64,000 nucleotides of DNA from Mobula hypostoma (Eukaryota), in contig NC_086108.1 in the NCBI RefSeq assembly GCF_963921235.1, positions 46,626,001-46,690,000 on the forward strand, read 5' to 3'. Made by a program: the position numbers and the translations under genes. Of this stretch, positions 63,476 to 64,000 are shown piece by piece. The notes under the pieces are model-generated. The model did no database searches, had not been told where the DNA came from, and was given only the letters and a program-made list of their open reading frames with translations. Every line of letters starts with the position of its first letter. Positions within the stretch are counted from its first letter, which is position 1.

Positions 63476-63554
63476 TAAAGATGTCCATCTTCCTGCAGAA
63501 CTTCAGCACTCGATAGCAGTGGAAGCAGAGGCACACAGAAAAGCAAAGGCCAAG
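63476..63554 (+). CDS. nphs2: Podocin exon 7 (79 nt); exon 8 lies beyond the window
   Basis: ttacag|TAAAG...CAAG|gtaggg. Translation (I)KDVHLPAELQHSIAVEAEAHRKAKAK. Confidence 0.95.
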
Positions 63555-63837
63555 GTAGGGTAGGCCAAATTATCTTCAGGAGATTGTGAACAATTAATGC
63601 TGATTCATCTATTCTTTCTAATTTATGAACAAAATATACTTTAAACCAGAGGTTACTGCTTGTAGAGGTAGGGAGAGAGAGGATTAGAGAGATAATGCAG
63701 AACTAAGTACAAATGAGGACTAACTGAGATTACTCATTCTTGTTATCATTTCCGACACGTAGGGTATTCAAAGATATGTCCTATTTTATCCAATTCTGAA
63801 GACAATGCTAAGATTACACTGAGGGATTTCTGCTAGT

Positions 63838-63935
63838 CAGTTGAATACAAGCTCAATTGAAACCCGGTATTTGAAACATAATACTAGCTTGTTACATTTC
63901 AAATACCGGGTTTCAAATGAGCTTGTATCCAACTG
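63838..63935. repeat. Inverted repeat: 39-bp arms (37/39 match), 20-nt spacer
   Basis: cagttgaatacaagctcaattgaaacccggtatttgaaa (63838-63876) and tttcaaataccgggtttcaaatgagcttgtatccaactg (63897-63935). Confidence 0.9.
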
Positions 63936-64000
63936 TAAGTATATGTAAGTATGTTGGATATGCATTCACAGAATTATAAAATGATATGACAGAAATAGCT

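Noticed and set aside
2777..63546. Numerous short ORFs antisense to or overlapping LINE/LTR coding regions
   Set aside because: They are shadow frames of transposon ORFs or chance ORFs.

Overview
This is eukaryotic, repeat-dense vertebrate DNA. The CR1/Rex1/Penelope/V-SINE mix suggests a cartilaginous fish (inference). One host gene is present: podocin (nphs2) on the + strand, with coding exons 1-7 at 20679-63554. All six introns are GT-AG, exons 2-7 match the human NPHS2 exon sizes as I recall them (104/73/83/204/56/79 nt), and exon 8 lies beyond the window. Most of the rest is transposon-derived and often nested 3-4 levels deep. It includes CR1, L2, Rex1/Babar and RTE LINEs, Penelope-like elements carrying minimal hammerhead-ribozyme motifs, two Ty3/Gypsy proviruses, two solo LTRs, Tc1- and Tigger-derived non-autonomous DNA elements, and tRNA-derived SINEs. 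The strongest lead is the full-length Gypsy in intron 1 (27100-31526, minus). It has no tRNA primer-binding site; instead it carries a perfect 16-nt complement of its own LTR segment that contains the AATAAA signal. This suggests self-priming coupled to poly(A)-site masking. Its RT motif is also YLDN rather than YxDD. A second pattern is that several independent Penelope insertions break at the hammerhead core. All family calls come from motif recognition by eye; no database searches were run, and boundaries of decayed repeats are approximate.
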